From: Tubulanus polymorphus
Lineage: Eukaryota > Animalia > Nemertea
Length of the DNA: 64,000 bases
Assembly (NCBI RefSeq): GCF_964204645.1
Contig: NC_134028.1
Span: 25,540,345-25,604,344 of the forward strand
Direction of reading: 5' to 3'
The notes beneath the pieces were generated by a model. That model saw only the letters and a list, made by a program, of their open reading frames with translations, made no database searches and was not told the origin of the DNA. Shown here piece by piece: positions 24,017 to 38,103 of this stretch; within the stretch, counting starts at the first letter, position 1; every line of letters begins with the position of its first letter. Position numbers and translations under genes: made by a program.

Positions 24017-27000
24017 GTGAGTAAAATATGTCTGCTAAATTCTGATTGCATTCTATTTCTAGTGAGACGATGTCATCAAGGCTCGGCTTCTCCATAATTT
24101 TATCGTGTAACTGTAACATGTAAGATAAGATATTTAGTTTAGACGGATTCAAAAAACACCTAACTCGTCATCTTATCAGCTGGAGAATCAATCTTTCTGT
24201 CGCAAAGTACGAAGTTCTATGTATTTCTCAATTATTTATGTACGTACACGCGGCTGAATCTCGTTAAAACGATTCTGAAACCCGTTTATTATTACGAAGA
24301 TTTCCAGCAAGTCCGAGCCGAGAGATCTAAATCAATCAAGGTTTGGATAATACGACAATTTCACTTTAGCCCACAAGATTCGTAATTAAGGAGGCTCCTA
24401 TTTATTGTGTAATTGTCTTGGCGGTGATCATATGGATCTGCGTGCTGTTTTATACGTTATTGCGTTGGTCGCGAAAAAAGTCACATTTTTATGTAGTCCT
24501 GCAGTAGATTTAGGGTTTATTTATGATGGACTTTTATGTCACGCTTCTGCTGATGGCAGTAAAACACAATTCGTCTTCGTAGAATGCATATTACTAAAAC
24601 AGTTAGTTGTTGACGCATATTTTATGTACATGCGTTCAGGCTTTTATAGATAGTAGCACCACCACCACACGCGGCTTGTAAATAAAATAGATTTTTCATC
24701 GCTTCATATACAGCAGAGAGTCCGTACACTCGCCGCCAAGTTGTTCTATCCTCTCGCCCTAATCCTTAAATTACGCGGCTCTCATGAGCACATATGGCCC
24801 TCAATCCAGAATAATCCGTTGGAGGATATCGAAAGAGAATTGCTCCTACTGTTTTTATTATGTTCTATATATTTGTTTTTTCCAATTATTAGCTTTAAAC
24901 CATATATTTATCTCGATAAATATCGTATAAACGTTTATTTGATTCGGGGTCAGACTTTCCGTGTTCCTGAAATGTGAAGCCAGGCGTCAAATATCAAATC
25001 AATTATGTCGGCATAAACCACATGTCGACAACTTAAAAAAATACACGAAAAACCGTGCTGCCGTCTTATTAGCTACTTGATGAAATTCTCAATCACGGAA
25101 AAAATCTATTTCGTTTCGTGCGCGTCGACTGAGACTTCTGTGTTAGAAAACCACTCGAACTGCTATCTCAAGGGTTTCCTAAACGTGACGTAAGAAACTG
25201 CCGTAATTTAAGATTTAAATCGTGTCGATAATTGAGAGGGGCTAAACACATCACACTGCAGTGCGTGTAATTTCTGCTCTTGTCAGCTGCGTGTTAATAA
25301 GCCATTCGATTCGCGAACACCCGACATCGTTCATAATAATGATAATAATTATTATATTTCTGACAAAATGCACGTCAAAATGTCTCGTGAAGTCTACATG
25401 TTACATCGCGAGATGCTAAGAAAGTTGGACGACGTACACTGTACGATACCAAGGGGGTACATCTCAAAAATGCTAGAACCTCGTGTATATTGGAACAGGA
25501 CATGTATAGATGAGTCGAACATGCTCTGTTATATTATGAGACATGTCGATATGACATGTACATGAGAAAATATTCTTGTTCGGGATCTATATGAGTTTGG
25601 GAATAAAGGCTATTTGTGCACCTGTTATCGTTCGAGAATACCCTGGGAGGTAAAGATGGGTTGGGTCCACACAGCTGTACACTCTGTCGTTAATAAATTA
25701 TAAATTTCGGTGCGAATATGGGACGTATTGTCAGGGAAAACAGCTGGTGGTTATGACGTAGCGGCGTGGTATAGCAGACGTCTATACCACCTCGTTATCA
25801 TCACACACACAACCGATATAGAATCACACAGATTAGATTTATATCATTAATAATAACTGAAATATGCATTGTATATGCATGCATCTAGATCTAAGCGCGA
25901 GTACCGCGTGCTGTAGTTAAAAGGCTGTTTCAGGGTAGCAATGGCACGCATGTTGTCACTAGAGCGATTTTCACCGAGACGAAAAACCCGCACGACCATT
26001 CTTTCCGTACCTATCAACAGAAAGGGCGCGTAAACAATTTCTTAATAATAGAAGAAAAAACCGTACATCAATATTTGCTTTATAACCAGTGTGAATGACG
26101 TCAACGGAAGAGATTTGTTATACTAGACGCATTCTTCCCCGTCTGATTTCTTCTTGTTTTCCTCCTAAGTGATAATAACGTGTATTACGCCTGCATACAC
26201 AAACCGAGTATAGACGCGAACATTTTACTCGGAAAATAACAAGTACGAGTTTACGTCGGCAGGTTGCAACCAGCCAAAAAGCGCGAAACCGTCGCCTCAT
26301 ATAATTCGACATTTCCATCAATTTTGAACATTTCAGAAGTTATTCTATAAACCTTTGATTCGCGCCTACGTAAAAACGGCATCAAACGGTAAATTATGAA
26401 GCTGGAACATTATTGAAGCTAACACGAACACAGTTACATGAATAAAAGGCCTTTTGGCAAAATGCGGGTTTTATAACAAATAACATTTTGTCTTTTAAGT
26501 ACATATACATAACTATAGCCGAATGTATATAATGTATATACGTGCTTAAAATTGATACTTGCAATACAATCATTTGGCATAATGACAGGTGCTTAACGGT
26601 ACTGTCTGCAATATGATGCGGACACTCAAAACTGAAAAGCTCTTTATTATCGCCATCCGTCGTGTACTAGGGGAATAGGCATCAGTGCCATTAGCTCTAT
26701 GTTTCACACAGCTGGTCCAATTACTGATCAATTGGAAAAGGGATGGGGAGCAAACATAATCGATATCGATTCGATATGAGCTCAGCTGTGCAACGATTCA
26801 AAATCATGAATTAACGAACATTTTTACCGTTTTCAAAAAGCCGCACGAACGGCCGCTGTGCGAGTATGTTTGTTCGATAAAGAATGAACTGAACCGAAAT
26901 TATAACGAAGTACGTACATAACCTGTCTCAATCACCACGTGCTCAAGTCTAGTCACACAGTTTAAAAGGTCCACACAGTTCTGCTTATCAATTTTTTATC

Positions 27001-27987
27001 GCTGTAATCTCACAGTCTACGGGACTTATCCAGCTGGCGTTATCAATATTGACTTTACTCGGGGAAACTAATATACGTCGTTATGGCGTATACGGAAACC
27101 CATTCAATCAGCTGTTGGACCCGAATCCAATCTGTATGCATTGTAAGGAATAGTATTTCAATAAAGACGAGCTAGATGTCGATTATTTTCATCAGACCAA
27201 TAGCTGTGGCTATCATGTTGACAGGGCTGTAACTGAGCGCAGTTTGTGCGGACTGAAATAAGCAAGTGGCGGCCACCTCGTTGCGGTTAGACTATCTTTT
27301 CCCAAAAATCTACAAATGACTATGAAATCACATGTCACCGATGACTCTAAAGCAGCTGAGTAGAGTGGAAACCTTGGGTGAGCTTCCGTAGGAATATTCC
27401 ACATTTGAATAAAACAATTATAAATCATACGCACGCGCTATTGTCTAATCAAGCCGATCTTGTGACGACGCGATCCGTAAAGAAAGGTCAACGGTTCATC
27501 ATCAATCTTCAGTCATATCCAGTTCAATCCACGAATACAATTGTTTTGTTTATAACAGGACGGCCAAGAAGGCCAAAGGTCGGGCTTAATTTCAACTTAG
27601 TAGAACCTAACTGATTGTGTTACACAATTGATATCGCCATTCGTACAGAAGTCACTGTACGATCTAGTATCGATATCAATTTATCGAACTAGAACGCTAA
27701 GTTGACGGGTGTATTCAAACCGGGTTAATTTCCACTACAAAAACAATACTTGATGAACCGCGTGATTTATTTCCAAATCTAAAAGGTTGAAAGATAAATG
27801 ATAAAAACCCAACAATGTGACTTCTTTCCTTCGTTTTCTTTTTTCAACCACTTATGTTTTTGTTTCTTTCCATGTCATTTCAGAAATTAGAAATATCGTC
27901 ACTGAAAGCAAGCAAAGGCCACAAAAATAACCTGAAGTTGTGATTGTCCGTGAAAGATTCTTGGAAGGAAAGCTTATTGTCATCAAC

Positions 27988-29115
27988 ATGCACGTTGAAG
28001 TATCGGTCGCTTTGAACTTCGTGATTTCGTATTTGTACAACAAACTGCCTCGGCGGCGCGTTGATATGCTAGCGGATGAGCTTGAAAAGGGTCTGAAGAA
28101 AAAATTTGAAGGCCACTGGTACCCCGATAAACCGCTGAAAGGTACAGCCTTTCGGTGCATCCGCGTTAACGGTGAGAAAATTGACGCTGTGATTATAAAT
28201 GCCGCTCTGGCTTGCGGTATTGAAATAGGTGAGATCACCGGTTATCTGCCAGACGACCTTACGCTGTGGATCGATCCTAACGAGGTGTCTTACCGTATCG
28301 GGGAAAAAGGCGTCGTTAAAGTGTTGTACTCGGAGAAAAAGCCAGAAGTAGAAGGGTTCGATAATTCCGATCGTGAAATCCAGGCTGCTACACGCGGGTT
28401 TAACCCGAACGCTCAGTGTTTCAGACCTATTGATTCCCTTTCATCGTCACTTAGTCACCTGAGTTTATCACCATCTTCACCAAATCCATCTCACGGCTGG
28501 AGTTCTCCTGCCGCTACGATAAACTCAGTCAGTCCACAGCTGCTTCTACCACCACTGCAACCCCAGTCACAACAGACTCAGCCACAGACCGGCAGCGTTT
28601 TTCTTCCTAAGTCGAATTCAACACCTAACTTCACTGCTGCTACATTCGCCCAAACTAAGTTTGGCTCAACCAAGCTGAAATCTCATGCCAAACGTCCGTC
28701 ACGCCTTTCACCGACAGAGGTTAGCGCATACGTCAAACAGCGCAACCACGTCCCACATCCGGCTGCGCAGCAACATCCGTTCGCTGTCATGAACCAGAAT
28801 AGGCCTCGTTCGCTGTCACCACGTGACCCACGACATGCTGAATTCATGGCGGAACAGCAGTATCTGTTCAACCAACAACAACAGGCTTTGATTCACGGTG
28901 ATTTGACGTACAGTCCGGTTCACCACCCTCCGCAGTTTAACATCGGTTTCCCCGAGAACGTCATGCCTGGTAACGCGACTCCTCAGATGTTGAACGGCAT
29001 GAATCCTGCTCTACCTTCACCTCCAGAGGGCGCTAAATCATTCTTAGACGGGCTCAACATTCACAACATGTCTGCCTACCCGAGCCAATTTCAGCATTTA
29101 CTCTTAGCTAACTAA
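27988..29115 (+). CDS. TOB1: Protein Tob (BTG/Tob antiproliferative family; CAF1/PABP-binding deadenylation factor), single coding exon, 375 aa
   Basis: MHVEVSVALNFVISYLYNKLPRRRV..GHWYPDKP.KG.AFRCI..LTLWIDP.EVSYRIGEKG is the BTG domain. It also has the PAM2 motif FNPNAQCFRP, the Tob-specific FTAATFAQTKFGSTK, a Q/P-rich tail and a C-terminal AN. The ATG is at 27988 (the ORF track starts at an upstream GTG). Probably co-orthologous to vertebrate TOB1/TOB2. Confidence 0.96.
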   Translation: MHVEVSVALNFVISYLYNKLPRRRVDMLADELEKGLKKKFEGHWYPDKPLKGTAFRCIRVNGEKIDAVIINAALACGIEIGEITGYLPDDLTLWIDPNEVSYRIGEKGVVKVLYSEKKPEVEGFDNSDREIQAATRGFNPNAQCFRPIDSLSSSLSHLSLSPSSPNPSHGWSSPAATINSVSPQLLLPPLQPQSQQTQPQTGSVFLPKSNSTPNFTAATFAQTKFGSTKLKSHAKRPSRLSPTEVSAYVKQRNHVPHPAAQQHPFAVMNQNRPRSLSPRDPRHAEFMAEQQYLFNQQQQALIHGDLTYSPVHHPPQFNIGFPENVMPGNATPQMLNGMNPALPSPPEGAKSFLDGLNIHNMSAYPSQFQHLLLAN

Positions 29116-31760
29116 GTTAGATACGTCATTGAAATTCAACGCGTCGGGCGAATGCGGTGTATGCCATTTTTGGTGTAGAGCACTTGCAATGCATCTTTCT
29201 AATTTTATATAGAATCCTCGTATTAGTGCCTATAATTATATTCTCACACATCAGACGACGACGTCGGCATTGACTGGAAGCTAAGAGAATCACTACCAAG
29301 TACACGCGGTTACTGTGATTTCACGTCAAAAATATCTTCTATGAACATTATCTCTGAACTGATTCGCTCTAGGAAAAACAGCGAGATGTTATTGCGGCTC
29401 TTATTACTCACAAGCCGAATCAATGTAAAACATTGTGATATACGTTGTCTTTGTGTCGTGGTTAATGTGATCATAGAACTGAACTCTACTTCTCTCTATT
29501 CCTTTGAAAATGATGACGATTTTTATTTTTCACAAAATGATATATACATTTGAATAAAACAACAATATAAGGAACTTCGATGATAATTTTCGACGACGCT
29601 CTGTGTGATCATCGGTCGAATTCAAAGAACATATCCGTGAATTTATGGTGAACGGCTTCTTCCCAAATGAACATGACACCGCAAAAAACAGCCAGTTCCG
29701 ATGCCAGTGATTCGAAGCCTAAATAGTGTCTCTCAAGAAACGCTGTGATAACCAATCCCATCTTGTGACTTGATGATGGGATTTTGTATGACTTTTTAAT
29801 AGATAATTGGAAGGGTTGCTGTGGTTGACAACGGGTAAGGTATTACATTCATATGTAATACGATGTATGATACGTTAATGATGTAAGCTAATATGTATGG
29901 CGTGACATTATCTATAGATAATTAATGAAGCCACGATGGACTGTGGTTAGATCTGTTTGCACGACAACCGCTGAAAATAGCACAGCCCTGGCAGTTTCAC
30001 ATTCAGTACAGCTCACATTTTTGCAAACTTTTTTTTACGTCTGGCTCGTTCATCAACTTGAATCACGTGATAGTGCAAACAGACATGACGGTTATATGAT
30101 TTTGAAAAAAATATTTGAAATCGTAAAATGTGATCCGTGATATCTAAATGTTTATGAAACTATAGTACCGATATGAATCAGCCAGGACTGTTTGCATTTC
30201 AAGTTTTTCGGCCGAATGAATGCATTGTATAAAACATTGTATATGTATGAAACTGTAATACATACGTTATAAATATTCATTGGGGTTACCAGGCAACATT
30301 CTGTGTGATTAATCTCATTTTCATCATCAGGTATCTCATTTTCATAAATCGTAGAAAGCATATCAAGATATTTTTATATTCATATCACTGTTGAGATATT
30401 TTAAAAACTGCACCATAAGTAATTTGATGAATATCCAATACTTCACATAATTTCGGCGACTACACACATATCTAGTACAAGAAGGCAGGGCTTTGCGTTT
30501 TGATCTCTGGCGATATTGGGTGCGGATACGACACATATTATACACGAGGCTACGAATAGCTTATTACATATTTGTACTAAAGCTTTTTTCGCCGACGCAT
30601 CGGTTATATCGATCATAATAATATATCATGTAATACATCCATCCATTTTATAGCCTTCTTCAGACGTGATTCGATCATGATTCGATCATTATACGTTCAC
30701 ATTAAGGCTGGGCCTGGTAAATTGCTTTAAAAAGGTTATCAATAATGATTATAATAATAATTATAATAGTAATCATCCACGGACGTTCCCGGAACAGATT
30801 TTCGCTAAATGGTTATATTGGGGCTGGTTGTTTTTTTTAGTTGTGATCATGGAATCAGTTTTATAATCAATACATACGCAATGTTAACTTATATTACATA
30901 AATGATTCTTGTTATCTGAACATCTAGTCTATTGTGTAAGTCATTATATTTTCATAAGTGGGGTTATTTTTTAAATTTAGTTTGTGTAATATAGCTGTGT
31001 ATAATGATATATGAAAAAATTTAATAATATATAATATATGATAATATATATTCGTACATTCTATATATATATATATAACTACTTTTGGGTAAGACGGTAT
31101 TTTTATCTTTTTCTACTTCGTAAAACTGTAATACACGCGCGGGGAGGCTGAATACTTTTTTATTGATAATTGATTTTAAAAAAAATAATAATAATGATTG
31201 CTTATCCTTAGATAGAATACGATTGATACGAGGTGTAAAATTAAATGAATAACTACACAAGATGAATTCATAATATTGAACTGTTGATCGGAAAAGCACG
31301 AAGTTGAAAGAATATTGTATAGATACATTTGAAAATGAATGATAATTTATTTTTGTCGTATACCGGTACAGGTGTCATAAGCCTACCGTGGTGTAAATTA
31401 ATTTTCTACCCAATGCTTGATTCCTACAGGTGACTCAGAGTATTAACGTATATATATAGATATATATATATATATCTATATATTTATATATGAAATGATG
31501 ACGGTGGTAATTCTGTAATCCAAATCCGGATTACCAAATGTGGTTATCTATATTTACCATGAAACAATATGCTTTATCTCATGTAGGGCGGAACATGGAC
31601 ATATGATATCATAGTTCGCTAGTGTCGGTAATCATCATTGTCAATGGTTTAGTACTGGATTCATAAATCAGCATACACATCATCAATGTTACAGACGAAA
31701 ATAATGTTTATATTGTTACATATTTTTAAGTTTGTAATAAAAGAAAATTTCCTGTATACA
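29116..31760 (+). other. Probable long AU-rich 3' UTR of Tob
   Basis: Very AT-rich, repeat-poor stretch after the stop; AATAAA at ~29553 and ~31736, the latter followed by a GT-rich downstream segment. Confidence 0.4.
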
Positions 31761-34700
31761 TCGGTTGTATGTGTTATATACGTATGTCTTTGGGGTCGGT
31801 TCTACGTTGGATACTCGGAGATAAGGAACCTGATTTGGACCAGTTCAGCCCTGTATGTTAAAAGCGAATAAGTACATTGAAAACTTGGTGTCAATTCTCG
31901 AGGATTTTCGACGTGTCGACGACGAGGAACGCTGATCACTGTAACATCAGCATGCGCAGCTTCATTTCGGAACCGTCTGAGTAAACGGGTTTCAATGTGT
32001 TGTTACACGTTGGTTGGTGATTCATGGACTCCCAAACGATGAGTCCAAGGTTGATTTTATGTATGTAAACTAGGCATTCATTTCAACATGGAAATATCGA
32101 AACGACAGACCAGCTGGTACTGTAAAGTATATATAGCACCCTCAAGTTGACACAGACCGTAATTTTAGATTACCGTTTCAATACGTGTATATAATTTCCA
32201 TCATCTGTCACATAATTCCCATAGATATATAGATTATATACCCTGTTCCCAGTCCTATACAACCGTGGACATAAGATTTCCGTAGTGGTGTAGCCAAACA
32301 AACAGAATCGACTTCCAGTCGTATCAACTCAGCGTGGATATAGAGATACGCAGCTATGCGGGCATTAGGAAGGTTTCATCGCATCGAACGCCTACGCTCG
32401 TTCCTTCGTGCATTGATTCCTAATGAGAAAAGGCTGAACGTCATCGGGGGAAAGATGTTCACATGACTATACTTCATTATTATCTTCAATTGCGTGTCGT
32501 TCTATTCTAATAAACGAAGGAAAACACACATATACATGTAAACACACGATGTAATGGAGTTGAAATACAAAATGAAAAGACATCATGATTTCAGTTTAAA
32601 CATACACACAGATTAAATTTCTAAAAGGTGTGCTGTCTCTTGTTACTCGAGTATGTCACTTTGTAACTAGCCTTACGACTGATGATGTTTTGTATTTATT
32701 CATATATTGTCAACTGCCAAATGTCAAGACAGGAAATCCATTCTCCATCTGACGTACAAGCAGTGGAACATATATCATATGGTTGAACTCTATACGAGTC
32801 ATTCTAGAGTCTGAGATCTCAATTTCATTTTATCGCCTGCCTGTCCGCGTCGTATTGCCGAATCTCCTTGAAATATACTCTCCTACTTCCTACTGACAAG
32901 GGTCTAATCAACCCGCTGAAATCTATTTCTCAGACCCTGTAAGATGTAAGATTTTAAACGTCTGTCGATACGATTAGGCTTATAAGTTTAGATCGACAAG
33001 CAGTTGCGGGCACTTATCGCCGGAACCGGAAGTACCTTCTAAAAAGGAAGTCTTGTGAAAATCATTCTTCTAATTGCCTGATTCTGCGCAGAAGTAAATC
33101 ATCATAGCGCGCGGTATCTGTATAAACTATGCTATGACCATTTGACTTAACCATGAACCGTCTTACGCACGTATTTACAAATAGATTTGCGAGAAGAGAA
33201 CGAGGAGCGAGACAAAAGGAGAAGAAAATCAATAAATACATTGCTCGTACACGATTCTAATATGCAATCGAGTGTTGTAATGAGCATTGGCAACGTAGAA
33301 GAATTAGAAACCACCAACCCGGGTTTCTATTCGATTAAATCATTGAAGTTGTTATTTCTCCGTGGGATTCTCGAGTCGAAAGGAATTTAAAATACACCGT
33401 GTAATTATCCCGATCCGCCTTTGGTATAATTGATCACAGTAAACTTTGCTTCGCCCCGAGAATCCCGGTATAGATTAGTGTTTTAAAAACAAACAAAATT
33501 CAAAAAGTTTCTTTATCCTTTCAAGATGAAAGCAACAACCCTCAGAGAATGGAGGAAATGTGTTTCTATTTGAGTCTTTATTTCTAAAGATAATCCGAAA
33601 GTGTTTGATGTTGGCATAACCTTGGGGATCATAGGTAGATCTACGGAATCTGGGACAAGTTATCGTTGAATGCATCGATGATTTTATAAGAGCCAATAAG
33701 GGTATCGCACTCAGTGCGATTAGGTTAAGGCATATTCGTATTGAAACGCTAAGTTACTTAAGTGTATGTCTCGGGCATACCAAAGGGAAAATAAATCGGC
33801 GCTGGGAATTCATATTATTTGCCTATGAGCACTTCGACTTCATGTCTGTCGGCGTCATTTGATCGTCCTTATAGACTTGTAATGGAGAAACCAGTAACTA
33901 CAGCAAAATCTTGCCGCGTCGATTCTCCTCCGGCGGGCATACGCACGGTTTACCGTGATCAAGTCTATAAATGGTACTTCATATCACAAGCCTATCGAGA
34001 AATATTGGGCATATTTACTAGCACGAACGTTTAGTATATCAACTTGATGTTATTAAATGAAAAGGCCGCGATATCCTTTGGTGTCAAGAACATACCAACG
34101 TAACCGACACGGAGTACTAATGGAAACATCGTAGGGGGCAGGTAATCACGGACTTATGTCTCGAAGTCCATCTTTGTTCGTACCATACGACTGCACTTCC
34201 TTAGGGACATTATTGATTAACACAAGTCATCTTATATATACATAAATTAGCTACTTCTGAAAAAATATATTTTCAATGATGCCTAATGAGGCAACGTAAT
34301 ATACCATATGACACTAGAATGTAAGTGCGCATAATCATCGAAACCTTGACCTTGGCGGCAAGTGGCCGATCGAATAGCATTTCCTATTGAACGCGAACCC
34401 ATGATTGAATGTGATAACCAAGATTGATTCCAGAGTTGGCGAAAAATCATCCAATCTATTTCCAGCGTGATCAGTGAATCCAACAATCTGTCACCAAACG
34501 AGTGGGAAAATCTCTTAAACCCGTGTGTAAATACCGGACCGATGATGCACTCGTATTGCCCCATGCGAAGAGGATTATGAACTGTTCAACATCTCAGATA
34601 TTTAGAGCCGACTATTTTTCATTATCCTCGAGCACGATTGGCTAGACATCCAACAACACCAATCTAACTTTGGTCATGTTGGTAATTTCTATATATAGAG

Positions 34701-35076
34701 TGAGCGATGCATTTGCGATATGAGACCATCCTTTAAGATTACAAGTAATAAAAGGGGAATGAGTTTATAATGATGCACCGCAAACTAAAAGGAAATGCGT
34801 AACAGCAAAATAAGAATAAATGACAAAAGACTATTAGGCGAATATAACTTTATGATTCACCGCATTCATTATTGAAAGCATTTATTAATACAGAAACAAC
34901 AGGGAGGAAAGTATTTTTTCCTGTGACAAGAACGATTTTTCTAGATGACTAAAAATGAAAAGGAAAATGTTGAGCGAAGCTTCTACAGCAGGGATGATGA
35001 CTTGGAAAGAACTAAATAATTTATATTCAAAAATAGGTATTGAAATAAAGATAACAATAGATAGAAAGCAAAGTTA

Positions 35077-35790
35077 TCAGTTTAACCATGATAGTATACT
35101 GAAATGAACGTTAAGGATTGGTTCTATTTCAAAAGTACCCGAAACATATTTCAGTATTAGCCATCCACCTGTGTACGAACCACGATGAGTTCTTTCAGAT
35201 CGTGGAATTAATATTTGATTTTTCCGCTGACGGATTATTCGAAAATTCACGCCAAACGCTTTTAATCTTGTTGTACACGACGTCGTGTCACTGTCGTAGT
35301 CGCAGCAATATGAATGATCAAAGAGTAGAACATTATTTTCTGTCTCGATGTTGTATAATAAACCTGACAGTGCTGTCGTCTGCTGTAGAAGGGCGGATGA
35401 AAGTTGTTTGTTTGGATTGAAAGTACGCTGACAACATAACGAAAGCCTTTGTGATAAAACGATTTTATTCTATTACCCTTGTAACTGAACTGTACATAGT
35501 GGGAAATATGTAAGAAAGTAAGAGTCTGAGGAACCAGTTGCTTCAACGAACCCAATTAAGTAGCATGGTATTCAATCGCCGAATAAGCAACCCTTTGACC
35601 AACTGATTTCTTATCGGTTTGACTGATACCATGGTACACAGTGTTTATACACAGTATGATTTTGTATATTTGAATTATCTTCACATTTTTGTACCCGCCA
35701 TACAGAATTATGTATTTGTGTTCCATCATAAGAAAATACATTTTTGGATAAAGCAAACTGATAACAATAATTTTCAACATTTGATAACCC
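35077..35790 (-). pseudogene. Possible decayed coding sequence of unknown, perhaps viral or TE, origin
   Basis: One minus frame of 238 codons with only 4 internal stops and a 130-codon stop-free stretch (35469-35080); Cys/Trp-containing translation. Confidence 0.35.
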
Positions 35791-36835
35791 TTAACATGTA
35801 ATGACCCTGGCACTGGAAATATCAGGAATGGTTAACAATCTTGAATGTTGATTGTATTCATGTTTTAACTATGAATTCATACTGTCAACCATGAGCAGGT
35901 AAACTGGGTTTTTCTGTCGTCCATTAAGCTGATACCTGATAATTATGGCATTGACGTAGCAGCGCTTATAGTAAATCGTGTTCTATAATGATAAGCAATC
36001 ATTATTAAGATGATTCATTGATTGTAGTAACATTAAAGTCGCCACGTAGAGGGAGGGTGAACCGGTAGAATTTTTATGACATCCGTATCGTAGCGTTAGA
36101 ATATAACTGCTTTATAGCTCTACATTTTTTAATCCCAGTTATCCCCCGTTGTGGTAAACTGTGTATTTCAGTTCGGAATATTCGAGTATTTCATATCAGT
36201 TTGTTATCGATAATTAACCATATTCTATTGCCATTTAACGAAGATCAACCGATATTAACAACCGCTTCGACATAGCAATAAAATATTTGACATATGGATA
36301 GATTATCAATGACTGTAATTAGAATGTTAGATATCAAGTATCATCTGCAGTAAGGCCAGGAGAGGCGGCGTTGTATATACGGCCCGAGAATTGAGAAGTT
36401 ACTGTTTGAAATGCAATAATTAGTTGACCATTTGTCAGGCATCAACTGATTACAGGTGGTTTCTCCTATTTCAGATGCACTCACTTCCGTTGCTAATGGC
36501 AATCCGTGACGTCGGTTCACCAAAATGGCAACAACAGCGAAACGTGTGATTAACTAAAATAGCGAATCTTACAGCGCGATTCGAGCGACATGACACACAA
36601 ACAACTAATCGGGCATCCCTGCTTTTACATTGGAAACGTGTGCAGGGAGTCGCGTGTACAGCTTACTGATCTGAAAATAGGTTTCACCAAGAAGACATAT
36701 ATATATATATCAACATATGATTTTTGATACCGTTAAAAGGCGTTACGAAATTGTTTTTTTCTTAATGCATTTAATGCGTTATGATCTAAGGGGTGTGTGT
36801 ACGTCATCAATATTGGTACTAGCCCGGTTATACTG

Positions 36836-37005
36836 GGCGAACTTCGCTTTTCGTATAGTTAGTCGGTAGTTCGGTCGTAACATATTTTACAGTGCCGGCC
36901 ATCTTGCAATTGGGACCGAACTACAGCGACCATAGTTCCGACTAACTGACATTCGGTTTCGTTTAGTTCGACTATAGTCGACTAACTCCGGTAACCGAAG
37001 TTCGT
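36836..37005. mobile_element. Degenerate palindromic MITE-like element
   Basis: CGAACTTCG/CGAAGTTCG and AGTTAGTCG/CGACTAACT inverted repeats. Confidence 0.5.
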
Positions 37006-37515
37006 GCTTGCTGCCGGTCAATTCAATTCAGTCGATACATTCATCGTTAATATTATACTATATAGAGATCAACCATCTTCGATAATATTAGGCAATATAC
37101 ATGTGATAGGAAGGCGTCAATAAATAAGTTAGTTTGGAGATGTCAGCCGTGGCACCGACATTCTGGTAAAGCGCTCCGAGGCGGGGCGCCGCTCGCTGAA
37201 AACGGGGTCCAGAGAGATCAGTTCCATCTCAAGTCCGTGCGAAATTGTAAACTGGCAGGGAGGGGGGGGGTTCGATAAAGCGTTCGTATCGGCATCAAGA
37301 AAATGAACGTGGATCTTGCCATTTCGTGTATCGTTTGTGTTTCGAATCATTCTCCGTTTAAAAAGAATGCGCAAAAGGTCAAGCGTTTCATTAGTATTCC
37401 GAGCTCATGTCGAGCAACGTAAGATTGACGGAAGAACAGTTTTTGTTCACGCTGCCTCACCTTTCCCCCGTATCAATGCAGACAAGCTCGCCGATAAACC
37501 AGCGGTTTAAAGCAA

Positions 37516-37580
37516 GTATAGTAGGCCTGCGTATAGTAGGCCTGCGTATAGTAGGCCTGCGTATAGTAGGCCTGCGTATA
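37516..37580. repeat. 15-bp tandem repeat GTATAGTAGGCCTGC x4.3
   Basis: Direct reading. Confidence 0.9.
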
Positions 37581-38103
37581 TAAAAGGTTAAAAGTTAACT
37601 TTTTCCGTAAAGTCTTTGGACATCATCTATTATGATATATCGAAATAAAATCATTTCTAGTTCGCCTGAAATATCGAAAACATTTATCTTTTCATCCGTG
37701 CGGTTGTTACACTTTCTGATAAATCTATTTCGTGTTTGTTTTGTTTTTCGATTCTAAACCTTTGGACTTCGATTTATTCAACGTCTTTTAATAGAAGTTA
37801 ACGACGCTCGGAAATAAACAACACGGGAGATTAAATTGTTGCGTGGAAGTCATTATTTGAATGCGAATATGATTGAATAGCGACAGCCTTGGGTAAACTG
37901 TATGCGCTGGCAACTCGTAAACTCTGTAATGGATCGCCATTTAGACCATCAATTATTTATATCAAGCCGCCTACATTTTCAACCATTTTATCACAACACG
38001 TTAATTCCTGATTGGCGATGTTAGTTTTATTATATTTATCGACGTCGCAAGTCGTGCGAGTGCCGACTAGAATGCTGAAGTTCATGGTTCCGCGACTATA
38101 TAC

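Noticed and set aside
27940-27987. ORF-track start of Tob at GTG
   Set aside because: Family homology begins at the ATG at 27988; the extension is kept only as a low-interest possibility.
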